Shown: positions 38,601-46,998 of the stretch, one piece after another
How the letters are laid out: each line of letters begins with the position of its first letter
How positions within the stretch are numbered: position 1 is the first letter of the stretch
IMG/VR virus record: IMGVR_UViG_3300005805_000046
Location: 1 to 64,000 of that record
Origin: a virus
Reading direction: 5' to 3' (one strand)
DNA: 64,000 nt
The notes under the pieces: generated by a model
The model's input: only the letters and a program-made list of their open reading frames with translations
Databases searched by the model: none
What the model was told of the DNA's origin: nothing
Made by a program: the position numbers and the translations under genes

Positions 38601-39257
38601 GCTTGTGTTGTCAACATTGCTTAAGCCAACATCGTCTTTTGTTAGAGTCACCACGCCGGTCTTACCAGCTACGCTCTGTACTGGTGCTGCGGCACTAGCT
38701 CGTGCATCTGTGTAATATTTGTTAACGCTTCCTTCTGGAACAGCATCCGTGCTACCGGGAGAGGCGCTAATCTCGACATAAATGCTGCCGCTCCAGCGAT
38801 ATGTCTTATTGTTTTCGAGAGTAACATAAATTTTGCCACTTTCGCCGCTCGATGGTAGCGTGGAAAAATTCGCCACTTCTATTACGTCGTCTACGTAGCT
38901 GGGCAATTGAGATGCTGGCACTCTACCATTTACAAGATTAGCATAATCACCAGCCAACTGAAGACCAACCGCACTTATAGTAAGCTCGTTAGAATTATCG
39001 TTGTAAGAAATAGATATATTAGATCCTGCCTTAATTAAACCAGCAACTCTATCATCAATATTTTCTAAAACAACACTATCATTAATGTCTATACCAGAGT
39101 ACTGTAAATTATTCCAAGATGTTACTCCATCTCCAAATTTTAATTTTCTGGTATCAGTTTCTAGTCCTGGTTCACCAACTTTTAAAATAGGATTGTTAGT
39201 AGACCAGTTATTTGAGGTATCTCTACGTAATCTGATATGGACGTATGATTGTGTCAT
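35619..39257 (-). CDS. Tail fibre/receptor-binding protein with Mtd_N-like N-terminus
   Basis: IRLRRDTSNNW...GEPGLETDTRKLKFGDG; GL.NVDNTSD.NKPVS fibre repeats; ADGSQYKPFKT; CBM-like WAANAQY..PTWP. Confidence 0.85.
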   Translation of the reverse strand: MTQSYVHIRLRRDTSNNWSTNNPILKVGEPGLETDTRKLKFGDGVTSWNNLQYSGIDINDSVVLENIDDRVAGLIKAGSNISISYNDNSNELTISAVGLQLAGDYANLVNGRVPASQLPSYVDDVIEVANFSTLPSSGESGKIYVTLENNKTYRWSGSIYVEISASPGSTDAVPEGSVNKYYTDARASAAAPVQSVAGKTGVVTLTKDDVGLSNVDNTSDVNKPVSTAQAAADSAVQSAAASDAATKANNAQAFAVQRNNHTGTQAIGTVDGLQTVLDSKAATNHTHTSEELFSSLSEPGTKNIYVDNGRTDTYTADGSQYKPFKTMRAALASVSSASSLADMNDTTKRFYCFRIAPGFYDEESGGTLNIPFRPGVVFDVTGGATLKGNYLWSRPANVVPATTGGNTNTVTSATTTGSNTITVSTSHVNYSRLKVGTIMTGTGMPTNTVITAINGSTITLNNTATATNASASLSFDSGELNNFVFAMIGSNHRPMFNNGQHSFVGIQGNLTVHTVDTLGFNQVHLTNCGVRGVIEATSTSSGGSTMHLYAYQNATFDTLKATGTHGITLYAVDCQNSTGGNGFGNIIGNVAFNTLEQVFFHSWASIFSTGRHGVFNMDATFMPAYNEIKATSFTRTNNVATVTLSLNHGQSRNILPDGYWREQYVLINGVTENTSFNTPNFGAKVVDFPTANTVSYENTGPDVSVAVTAANAKWIKGAFFGNSNTAGYIQPNPVSLSLNEGAIHTHPGWNTNTQPGLGSAFITARSSGVTFRYPAIGWAANAQYVRNRILLPGNGYQYRNVTATGIGRSGATAPTWPTTIGGTVVDGSITWQCEQLSFPLSFSLGFTGSITSGSNQVTVTSVGSVLAANFQVGYVITGTGIPANTTITAISGATLTISANATATNANVTLTVAGTSAISYNVQHALEVLHDSRNIYHNQIDSGIAGAATVQQAFKSLKANVDLKANINSPTFTGTVSGITKSMVGLGNVDNTSDVNKPVSTAQASADSAVQSAAASDAATKANNAQAFAVQRSNHTGTQAISTVDGLQTALDGKAPTNHNHTSGSITDFNTAVSNIVSTDLVAGNGIVLTYDNINDNIVVSTTENPSILALGSVSGSNAISFGTDRLIQTLTLNGTATTFTKGINWPDIGTLSADVILRITVTSATSITWTIVNDWFNQPPAGALSVGTHLFLLRAIGSSIIEGHYIGNKTN
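36080..36296. repeat. Direct repeat copy B (~217 bp) in the tail fibre gene
   Basis: Near-identical to 38402..38618; offset 2322 bp, in frame. Confidence 0.9.
38402..38618. repeat. Direct repeat copy A (~217 bp) in the tail fibre gene
   Basis: Shares identical runs of ~60 and ~47 bp with copy B. Confidence 0.9.
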
Positions 39258-39280
39258 TGTGTTAATTCCGTTTTTAATTA

Positions 39281-39463
39281 TTAGGTATATGAAATATAAA
39301 TATTGGTGCAGCCTAGTTTGGACAGCTCCTCTTCTAAAGCCTTTTCTTCTAGTTGATTTAATTCATCTTTTTTAGATAAAATAGCAATTAAATCTGTTTC
39401 TGTGCCTCTCATTAGGCTACAAGTAACAATATATCTATCTAGTTCAAAATAAATTGTTTCCAT
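39281..39463 (-). CDS. Hypothetical protein
   Basis: Short ORF on the dominant strand. Confidence 0.5.
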   Translation of the reverse strand: METIYFELDRYIVTCSLMRGTETDLIAILSKKDELNQLEEKALEEELSKLGCTNIYISYT

Positions 39464-39480
39464 ATATTATATATATTCTC

Positions 39481-39717
39481 TTAAGATAATGAAGATCCGC
39501 CATTTAAATCGCCACTAATAATATTAGTAAAAATACCGTTGTAAAATCTATTACCATATTTTTGTTGAATATTCTCTATTGTCAGATTAACTGGGAAGTT
39601 TGACCTAATAGTTCTAATAGAGGAATAGCCCGTAACTGTGGTTGAACAAACAGCATTTTTATTATTAATGGGTCTGCTATCATCGACTCTCGATATGTCT
39701 GTATATGGTCTTGGCAT
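39481..39717 (-). CDS. Hypothetical protein
   Basis: ORF with an upstream GGTGTAT motif. Confidence 0.55.
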   Translation of the reverse strand: MPRPYTDISRVDDSRPINNKNAVCSTTVTGYSSIRTIRSNFPVNLTIENIQQKYGNRFYNGIFTNIISGDLNGGSSLS

Positions 39718-39783
39718 CGTATACTACCTTTATTATAAAGTATTTTAGGTGTGTTGTTACAATATGATACACCACTGGCCTGG

Positions 39784-40104
39784 CTATGCTCTCTCTATTC
39801 TTTCTTCGAGGGCTTCCAATGTTTTGCCAAGCATCACAATCTGTACTTTTAGTTCGTTCATGACCTCTGTATTTCTTTGTAGGGCAGAAGCAAAAGCGGC
39901 CTGGGTTTCTTTGTTTGTATTTAGTCTTTCCATAATAAACTGTCTATCATGGATGTATGGGGACTGTGTTTCTATCATTACTAATACCTCGGCTTTAGTA
40001 GCCATATTCCTGCCTATGGCTACCCAAAACCCTACCATCGTGACTATAATTCCAATACTAGTTGTCGCAATATTTTCCCAGAAATGGATAATAGTCTCGC
40101 TCAT
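39784..40104 (-). CDS. Membrane protein with coiled-coil tail
   Basis: TM SIGIIVTMVGFWVAIG; heptad pattern at the C-terminus. Confidence 0.6.
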   Translation of the reverse strand: MSETIIHFWENIATTSIGIIVTMVGFWVAIGRNMATKAEVLVMIETQSPYIHDRQFIMERLNTNKETQAAFASALQRNTEVMNELKVQIVMLGKTLEALEERIERA

Positions 40105-40121
40105 GTTAATTGCTTTCTATT

Positions 40122-40166
40122 AAAAACTAGAAGCCAACGATACCATAGGAATCATTGGCTTTAGTT
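40122..40166 (-). terminator. Probable terminator
   Basis: AAGCCAA/TTGGCTT stem followed by a T-run on the minus strand. Confidence 0.45.
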
Positions 40167-40198
40167 GTATCGTTAAAACTAAAAAATAATATATTAAA

Positions 40199-40726
40199 TC
40201 AATTAGTCTTCGGCTTGTAGTTAACCTCAACAGGAACCACTCCACCCAACTTATATACCAACCTGCCCGGCACTGAGCGTGTTGGAGTAGCGGCCGTGTC
40301 GTTTGCTAGCGAGTCTACAGCAACAGTTAGGGCTGGATTATATTTGCCAGTATAAAAATTAAACTGACCGGCTCTGAAAGCTGTTGATTGTCTAGTTGTT
40401 CTGAGTGTCTCAAGTTTATGAATACTTCTAACTAGACCAGGAACACTGGCGCCACTTAATAACACGGTGTTACTAATAGTACCAGATAATACTCTTGATA
40501 CTTTGCGAGCAACAATTGAATTAATGGATGCAAATAATCCAAAATCTAGTGCTGATACTGTGTTTACCCCCTCCACTACGGTTGAACCAAATACATTTAT
40601 ATTTGATCTATTAGAATTGAGTCTAGCGCCCAAAACAGGAAATGTTTCATAGTCTGTTCCTGCGTTTATAACAGAACCACCATTATTTTTTCGGGGCTGA
40701 CTATTTTTAGCTTTTTGAGTGGCCAT
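40199..40726 (-). CDS. Hypothetical (possibly structural) protein
   Basis: GGAG RBS; lies in the structural module. Confidence 0.6.
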   Translation of the reverse strand: MATQKAKNSQPRKNNGGSVINAGTDYETFPVLGARLNSNRSNINVFGSTVVEGVNTVSALDFGLFASINSIVARKVSRVLSGTISNTVLLSGASVPGLVRSIHKLETLRTTRQSTAFRAGQFNFYTGKYNPALTVAVDSLANDTAATPTRSVPGRLVYKLGGVVPVEVNYKPKTN

Positions 40727-40850
40727 TATGATCTCCGATAATTATGTTATAAAAAAGCAATATATTTACTATACTCTATAGTACCCCAAACAAAACAATT
40801 CTAAATATTTTATTTTGTAAGATTTGGCCATTTATATATTTACCAAGCTA

Positions 40851-42293
40851 CTATGAAGATGCTCTAATCTTGATGGTCATTTGACCTTTCCCGGTATCCG
40901 GAAAAGCAGCAGTATCAATAATATACCCACCCCCCCAGTCTGCATAATGTCCGTTATGACATGACGAAGCATTAGGACATTCTACTGGCGGAGGAGCCTT
41001 GCCAACATTCGTACTTAGACGAGAACCCCATACAACATCGTATTCTTTAAACAAAACTCTAGCACACGGTTCTGAGGTGGTATATTCTCCTTTTGGCTCA
41101 ACACACGCTAATCCTTCTACTGGTAAATTACAATTTTGTTCCCAATTTGCTTTTAATCTTAATTCTCCGAAGCCTATTGACAAATACGAAAATGGCCCAG
41201 TTTCGTAGCCGCTTCCGGGATTATTAACTGTTACGGATGTTACTTTACCAAAATTTTCTGATAATGGATCTTGGTCAATGTTTGCAACAGCGGATGCTCC
41301 TTGTCCAGTACCTAGAATTACCACGTTCGGAGCACTTACAACTACGTCTCCTTCTGGTACGCTACATGTTCTTATAAACGGAGTTCCATAACCATAACTG
41401 TTGTAGCCAGTTATTGATCCATTCTCGTCAACGATAGCGTCTCCGTAAGAAGAGCCTGCCGGCCAACAATAGTAAGAATTACTACCCCAAACATTTATAT
41501 ACGCATAGGAATAGCCCGTACCACCATTTGTTATGGTAACTGCTACATCTCCGTATGTTTGTCCTGGTCCCGGATTGGTTATTATTGTTGCTGTTGCTTC
41601 GGCCCCCTGTCCGTCTCCGGATATAGACACATTGACATCGTCTGTTACTAATACATCCACCTGTTCCTTGTATGCGTAACCCATACCCCCATCTGTCACA
41701 GAGATAGAACCTATGCCTCCACTAGAAACAGAAGCAGTAGCATAGGCGCCGTTACCGGAACCGCCAGCAAGAATACACGACACCTCGCGTTCTGTGGTTG
41801 TGATTGTTACGCTTGCCCCAACGCTAGTTTCACGACAGCCTTCTGAAGTATTGCCTCCTCCTTGAAAATACCACTGTTCTGGAAGCAAAACGCTACCACT
41901 CCACGTTGTTGAGGCGCACCCATTTCTTTGAAGCGTAATTGTTTTACTATCAAGAGCTCTATAATCTAGACTATTAAGAGTAATATTAAGAGCGGATCCT
42001 GATCTATTATTATATAAAACAACATCTTCCCAAGATGGTATACATTCTCCATTACCGGGTATTGGTCCATCGAAAGGGTGTTCGATTACATTAAGATTTT
42101 TAATGGTAAGACTAATATTATCCGGATAGCAGTCACCACAAGAACCATCTATGCATGGTTCGCATGGTTCTGGTTCGAGAGAGCATTCATCTTTCGGTAA
42201 AGACGGCAAAAAGACATTGCTATTATTGATGTCTTCTATAATTTGACTGATACTAGCGTTATTAGTTGGCGGTCCGTAAAATGGTCTACTCAT
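40851..42293 (-). CDS. Putative virion protein with shared MSRPFYGPP leader and Gly-rich beta repeats
   Basis: Three GxGA.A.A...V.V...G.GY repeats; first 45 codons shared with ORF 42744..43307. Confidence 0.7.
   Translation of the reverse strand: MSRPFYGPPTNNASISQIIEDINNSNVFLPSLPKDECSLEPEPCEPCIDGSCGDCYPDNISLTIKNLNVIEHPFDGPIPGNGECIPSWEDVVLYNNRSGSALNITLNSLDYRALDSKTITLQRNGCASTTWSGSVLLPEQWYFQGGGNTSEGCRETSVGASVTITTTEREVSCILAGGSGNGAYATASVSSGGIGSISVTDGGMGYAYKEQVDVLVTDDVNVSISGDGQGAEATATIITNPGPGQTYGDVAVTITNGGTGYSYAYINVWGSNSYYCWPAGSSYGDAIVDENGSITGYNSYGYGTPFIRTCSVPEGDVVVSAPNVVILGTGQGASAVANIDQDPLSENFGKVTSVTVNNPGSGYETGPFSYLSIGFGELRLKANWEQNCNLPVEGLACVEPKGEYTTSEPCARVLFKEYDVVWGSRLSTNVGKAPPPVECPNASSCHNGHYADWGGGYIIDTAAFPDTGKGQMTIKIRASS
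42160..42293. repeat. 134-bp direct repeat, copy 1
   Basis: 5 mismatches versus 43174..43307. Confidence 0.95.
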
Positions 42294-42747
42294 TATTGAT
42301 CATCCTTTGTTGTTTTTTATGATTTTGGATAGCTTTTTTAACTAAAAGTTTACCAGCAGAGTCAAAGAACGGAAGGCCTCTTTTATTAGCTTCTTCTCTT
42401 AACCAGCCAACGATCTCGTCGAGGTGGGCCTCGCACCAGCCGGGCTCCTTGGCCTCCTCCTCGTCCATCGTCCGCGCGCGGGCGTTGCACGAGCAGGTGG
42501 GCGTGGCCGTGATGCCGACGCGCTTTAGGAGTTTCTTCAACTCGGTGCCGGGGCCGTGCGTCGGGGCTGCTGGTTTCGGCTTCGGCGGAACGAATCCCGG
42601 CTTCGGCTCACGCGGGTACGCAGGGTGCGTCTCGTCTACGGTGATCCTGTCGCCGTTCTCGCTGACGATGCAGGGCCGCACTTCGTCTAGCGTGTAGCCG
42701 CGCTGGCGGCAGCGGGCGGCAAGGTGTGCGCGGTGGCAGGTAATCAT
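42286..42747 (-). CDS. Small Cys-containing protein (PGTELKKLL..CSC..WC type); probable start 42747
   Basis: ATGA overlap with the upstream stop; GC-rich 5' part and AT-rich 3' end. Confidence 0.7.
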   Translation of the reverse strand: MITCHRAHLAARCRQRGYTLDEVRPCIVSENGDRITVDETHPAYPREPKPGFVPPKPKPAAPTHGPGTELKKLLKRVGITATPTCSCNARARTMDEEEAKEPGWCEAHLDEIVGWLREEANKRGLPFFDSAGKLLVKKAIQNHKKQQRMINNE

Positions 42748-43307
42748 GGGAGTTCGTTTGGAATGCAGGGCGGGATGTCTGGAGCGCCCGAAAAACCCTG
42801 CCAGTAAAACGGCGGGTCTTGTCCGGGGAATACGTCGCCAAAGACCCAAAGCCACTCAGGGCCATAATCTCCTTGCTGCACTCCGTCGCAGCAGGCACTG
42901 ACGCCAAAATTCACGCTGCCCCACAAATCACAGGTGCCATCGGGTCCGACGCACGCCGTGCAGGACGGCGCTGTGGGGGCTGTTGCCGAGCCGGTAGCGT
43001 TGGTATAGCCGTTGGCGTTCATCCATTCCGCGATGGCGTCCATCCACGCCTGCGCGATTTCCGCCTGACCCTCTGGGTCGTTGTTAAATCCCTCGCCGCT
43101 GCACGCTTCACCGCCGTAGACTAGTATGGTGTCTCCCCCGTAAGAGACGATTTGCGGGCACGGCACGCACGGCTCGCATGGTTCTGGTTCGAGAGAGCAT
43201 TCATCTTTCGGTAAAGACGGCAAAAAGACATTGCTATTATTGATGTCTTCTATAATTTGACTGATACTATTGTTATTGGTTGGTGGTCCGTAAAATGGTC
43301 TGCTCAT
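42744..43307 (-). CDS. Cys-rich acidic protein with shared MSRPFYGPP leader
   Basis: AT-rich leader fused to a GC-rich body. Confidence 0.7.
   Translation of the reverse strand: MSRPFYGPPTNNNSISQIIEDINNSNVFLPSLPKDECSLEPEPCEPCVPCPQIVSYGGDTILVYGGEACSGEGFNNDPEGQAEIAQAWMDAIAEWMNANGYTNATGSATAPTAPSCTACVGPDGTCDLWGSVNFGVSACCDGVQQGDYGPEWLWVFGDVFPGQDPPFYWQGFSGAPDIPPCIPNELP
43174..43307. repeat. 134-bp direct repeat, copy 2
   Basis: See copy 1; offset 1014 bp. Confidence 0.95.
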
Positions 43308-43308
43308 A

Positions 43309-45312
43309 TTAATTAAAACCTTCGCAGGCTGTTGCCGTGGCTGTCTTTACTGTCATTTCTGGTATTTTATCGTAAAGATTTGTTGATTCTTGTCCGGGAA
43401 GATATACGAATCCTCCTTTTCGGGGATTAGGCGCAGGATCGTCGTTCTCATCCATTATAATTGGAACAAATATATTTGGACCGCACTCAACCACAAAAGG
43501 ACGATTAATATTGAATGAGTTTTGTATGTATCGCTTGGCTCCTTCTTTATTGAATGTTCTTTCGACTGTTACAGTACAACTTATGGGCTTGGTCCAGCGA
43601 CCACCGGGTGTTTTTGGACATGGGCTCATTTCTCCTGCTTTTTTGTTTGTTGCCCCTATTGCTGCTTTCATGTTTATCTCAATAGCTTGTTCTTTAGACT
43701 GTGTTGGCGATAATACTTCTTTAATAAACCTATTTAGATCACCGTCTGGAGTAAAAGAAACAGCAGGAGTCGTTGCTTCTTGATCAGCAACAGTATATGA
43801 GATAGTAACATTTTTAACAGTAATTTCTTGATTGTCTCTAATAGCATTATTAATTGTGTCTGTAGCTTCTTTTTTTACTGACATCAGATAAGTGGCGAGA
43901 TTCGTTTCCCATCTTTGTATAATCCCATCTAGTTTAGCCACCGAGCTGCTCAATTTTGATATGTGATCATCAAGAGCAATTAGTCTTTTTTCCAAAGACA
44001 TCAATGTCTTTTGTCCATGATCATTTTCATAACCATATTGATATTCATTAAAATAATAGTTTGTTAATACTGATCCTAGCTTTAAGTACGCATTTGGACT
44101 CAATCCTTTCCACGGTGGAAGAATAGTGCTTGTTGGACGAAAACGGAAGTCCTCACCTTGTTTTTGTTGTGATACGCTCTGAATCTTACTGATAATGTCG
44201 TTTAGTCTCTTTTTTGATTGCTGTTTACTGTCGCCTGGATTTAGTTCTTTTAGTTTATCTATACTAATAGTTACTGTTACCTTAACTTCATTAGGATAGT
44301 CATCGTTGTCATCAGGTGGTAAAGTTTTTTCCGAAAAGGTAAGCTCAGGGTCTACCCCAGCAAACTTTTTAACAACATTGATAAAATTACTACCATACGT
44401 TGGACTTTCAAAGAAGTAATATAATTCTACTACCTGTTCTTTGTCTAGATCAAGCTCTTTTTTTGGTTCAACTTTACGAATATCTGGAAAAGACCCTAAA
44501 GCTTTGTCCATCCATCCGGCAACAATAGGCACGGCTTCTGCTCTTTCCTTTTTTTTCCATGTTTCACCAGTGCTTTTAGGCTGAATAGTCCATTGAGGTG
44601 TTGCGCTCAGGGTGCCATCTGGATTTATTGTTTTAAATAGAGGGTATTTGTTGGGAGCGGTACCTGGAGTATAAGACACGAATTCCGGTGCGTTCGGGGC
44701 TCCTGCCCCAATAGGCCATGCAGTAATAACGCCTATCGCGCTCTCAAGTCCAGCTTTAAATTCTTGTAAAGCAGCTTTTTCTTTGCGATATTCTAGGATT
44801 CTACCAGCAGTATGTTCTTTGCAGGCTTTGAAATCGCTTAAGTTTGGCTGTCCCAAAATGATATCTGATGATCTAAGTAATGTAAATCCCGATAGTTTTA
44901 CCACGTTGTTGTTGCATTGAATAGCATTAGGACATTCTTGTAGTTGGTTGTCTTTATTCCATTTTTTTACTTTTTCTTCATATGCACCTCTATCTGCGCG
45001 AAACTTCTCAATATCCTTTTCATAGTCATATTTCATCTGAGTATAGTCCCGACAAGCTTTTGACGTTAACCAGTATAGTGTGGAGTCTGGCTTTCCGTCT
45101 TTTGGTGCTGTATCCAGGCAAGCGCCAAGGGCTATTGGCAGATCTTCTTTAAGTTTATTGATTTTACCAGCTAAAGCGTCTAATCTAGCCTCTTCGGCAT
45201 TAAGGCTTGATGCTGCGGCGCTACATCCGGGATAGTCTGGAACATCAATGTTCGGAATTGCTGGACCATATGTTGAATCAACAGCAGATTGTTTCTGTCT
45301 TTGCTTGGTCAT
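43309..45312 (-). CDS. Large hypothetical protein
   Basis: 667-aa ORF with coiled-coil segments. Confidence 0.65.
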   Translation of the reverse strand: MTKQRQKQSAVDSTYGPAIPNIDVPDYPGCSAAASSLNAEEARLDALAGKINKLKEDLPIALGACLDTAPKDGKPDSTLYWLTSKACRDYTQMKYDYEKDIEKFRADRGAYEEKVKKWNKDNQLQECPNAIQCNNNVVKLSGFTLLRSSDIILGQPNLSDFKACKEHTAGRILEYRKEKAALQEFKAGLESAIGVITAWPIGAGAPNAPEFVSYTPGTAPNKYPLFKTINPDGTLSATPQWTIQPKSTGETWKKKERAEAVPIVAGWMDKALGSFPDIRKVEPKKELDLDKEQVVELYYFFESPTYGSNFINVVKKFAGVDPELTFSEKTLPPDDNDDYPNEVKVTVTISIDKLKELNPGDSKQQSKKRLNDIISKIQSVSQQKQGEDFRFRPTSTILPPWKGLSPNAYLKLGSVLTNYYFNEYQYGYENDHGQKTLMSLEKRLIALDDHISKLSSSVAKLDGIIQRWETNLATYLMSVKKEATDTINNAIRDNQEITVKNVTISYTVADQEATTPAVSFTPDGDLNRFIKEVLSPTQSKEQAIEINMKAAIGATNKKAGEMSPCPKTPGGRWTKPISCTVTVERTFNKEGAKRYIQNSFNINRPFVVECGPNIFVPIIMDENDDPAPNPRKGGFVYLPGQESTNLYDKIPEMTVKTATATACEGFN

Positions 45313-45313
45313 A

Positions 45314-45601
45314 TTAATATATTCCTATGCGAAGTTTATTTGGGCCAGCAGAATAAATATTTTGTGTGGTATTTTGTATACCAAATCTAGAATACCCTGG
45401 ATAGTGATTAGAAACAATTTGTTGTTGCGAGACTATCGTGGAGGTATTTTTATATATAATATTATTTTTGATATATGTAGATCTTATAGAAGAACGATAC
45501 GCATTGGTCGTAACGTTCGCTTTATTCTTAAAGTATGTTGTTGATCTTACAACGTTTAGAGCTTTAGATTGATCGATTTTAGATACCATGGTTTGGCTCA
45601 A
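45314..45601 (-). CDS. Hypothetical protein
   Basis: ORF with an upstream GGTGTAT motif. Confidence 0.55.
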   Translation of the reverse strand: MSQTMVSKIDQSKALNVVRSTTYFKNKANVTTNAYRSSIRSTYIKNNIIYKNTSTIVSQQQIVSNHYPGYSRFGIQNTTQNIYSAGPNKLRIGIY

Positions 45602-45650
45602 TTAAAAGAGAGAAAATAATAGTTCAGTATCTGATACACCAAAAAACAGA

Positions 45651-46307
45651 CTATTTAGGATCTTTTAAAAGATCTATTAAAGAATATATGTTTGAAGTTT
45701 TGCATCCATATATGTGGGAATTGGTTTTTAGTGTTTCTATGTGTCGATTATTCCATATGTTGCCACTGATAATTATGTTGATATCCGGAACCTTTTGATT
45801 AATGAGCGCCGAGGCCAAGATATTATCTGCTAGGTCATCAATTAAGTGTCCAGTAGAAGGATACATAGTTTTGATATTATGTCCAACAAGTATTTGAGCC
45901 ACCTTGCACAATAATTCAGACGTAAAAATCCTATATTCTAGAATATATCTCAATTCTACTCCTGTCTTAGCGCATAGTTCTGTATGAGCAGATATGTCTG
46001 TGCGAAACTTATCGTATTTCCTGTGACATAAAAAAAAGCTAGGAGCAACCACCTCTATCATGTTTGCTCCATTAGAAATAGCGTATTCGGTAGCAGATAG
46101 TCTTGTGTTAAGATCCGAAACTCCGAAAGGGTAGTCTATCACAGTGGATAATGAGATCTGATCAGAAATTAATGGTTTGGCCAGTTTAAGATAACTTGGT
46201 AGTATAGATATTACAGAAGGTTTAAGCTTGTTAGCCTTACTAATAATTTCTTTGAATTCAACCTCATTGCTAGCGATATCGTAGTGAGAAAATTCTATAG
46301 TCTTCAT
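45651..46307 (-). CDS. DeoC-like aldolase fold, probably inactive
   Basis: TVIDYPFG, AISNGANMIEVV, LRYILE, PSTG, ISGNI. Confidence 0.75.
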   Translation of the reverse strand: MKTIEFSHYDIASNEVEFKEIISKANKLKPSVISILPSYLKLAKPLISDQISLSTVIDYPFGVSDLNTRLSATEYAISNGANMIEVVAPSFFLCHRKYDKFRTDISAHTELCAKTGVELRYILEYRIFTSELLCKVAQILVGHNIKTMYPSTGHLIDDLADNILASALINQKVPDINIIISGNIWNNRHIETLKTNSHIYGCKTSNIYSLIDLLKDPK

Positions 46308-46996
46308 TATTTTAGCTTTTTAACATATGTTTTGAGATAATCGATGCTGGGAAACTCCTCACTACCCAATACACCGTCCGCAAAACCATATCTAATAGCT
46401 TCTTCTGAAGATAATATCCAATCGCATTGATTGTTAATTTGTGACATTATGTGCTTTTTGGCCATCATCCTTTTCCATTTTTTTTCTTTATAAATTGGAC
46501 TATCAACACACCTGTCTGTAAAAATTTCTAACATTTTCTCGCATTCTTGCTCATTCCATTTTATGGAGCTTGCTGCCGCTTTGGAGTGTTCTGCGTCTAG
46601 ACTCAAAAAACCATAATGTATCATAAGACTAGTGTTTGGCATCAAAATTCTTAGTCTAGAGGACTGTAGTAATACTCCACTTGATGATTCTGCTTTAGCA
46701 TAAGCCAAAATAATAATTTTAGCTTTTGAAGACATAATAGTGTCATACATGCCCAAACAGTCTTGCCAATCTCCTCCGGGCAAGTGCATATGTATTAGTA
46801 TGGGGTCACTAGATATTGTGTTGAGATAACGAATATTTTTTTCTAAAGATATCGCAACGCGGTAATCTAGACCAGCCTCATCTTCCCCATCTATATAGGA
46901 ATGTAGATAAATTTCTCTATTGTTCACATCAATATTGTACTGATGTATATTGTGCAGGACCGTGTCTGCCGCCCCTTTGTCGTTAGCGTTGCTCAA
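46307..46996 (-). CDS. clpP: ClpP-family serine protease
   Basis: NREIYL, PGGD, AESSSG, LMIHY, CDWILSSEEAIRYGFAD. Confidence 0.85.
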   Translation of the reverse strand: MSNANDKGAADTVLHNIHQYNIDVNNREIYLHSYIDGEDEAGLDYRVAISLEKNIRYLNTISSDPILIHMHLPGGDWQDCLGMYDTIMSSKAKIIILAYAKAESSSGVLLQSSRLRILMPNTSLMIHYGFLSLDAEHSKAAASSIKWNEQECEKMLEIFTDRCVDSPIYKEKKWKRMMAKKHIMSQINNQCDWILSSEEAIRYGFADGVLGSEEFPSIDYLKTYVKKLK

Positions 46997-46998
46997 TC

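Noticed and set aside
36080-38618. Tail-fibre repeats as TR/VR or transposon ends
   Set aside because: Both copies are in-frame coding with mixed, largely synonymous differences; no transposase or inverted termini
42160-43307. 134-bp repeat pair as a DGR TR/VR pair
   Set aside because: Differences on the coding strand (AGT/AGC, CCG/CCA, ACT/ACC, GCT/AAT) are not confined to adenines, and both copies are gene starts
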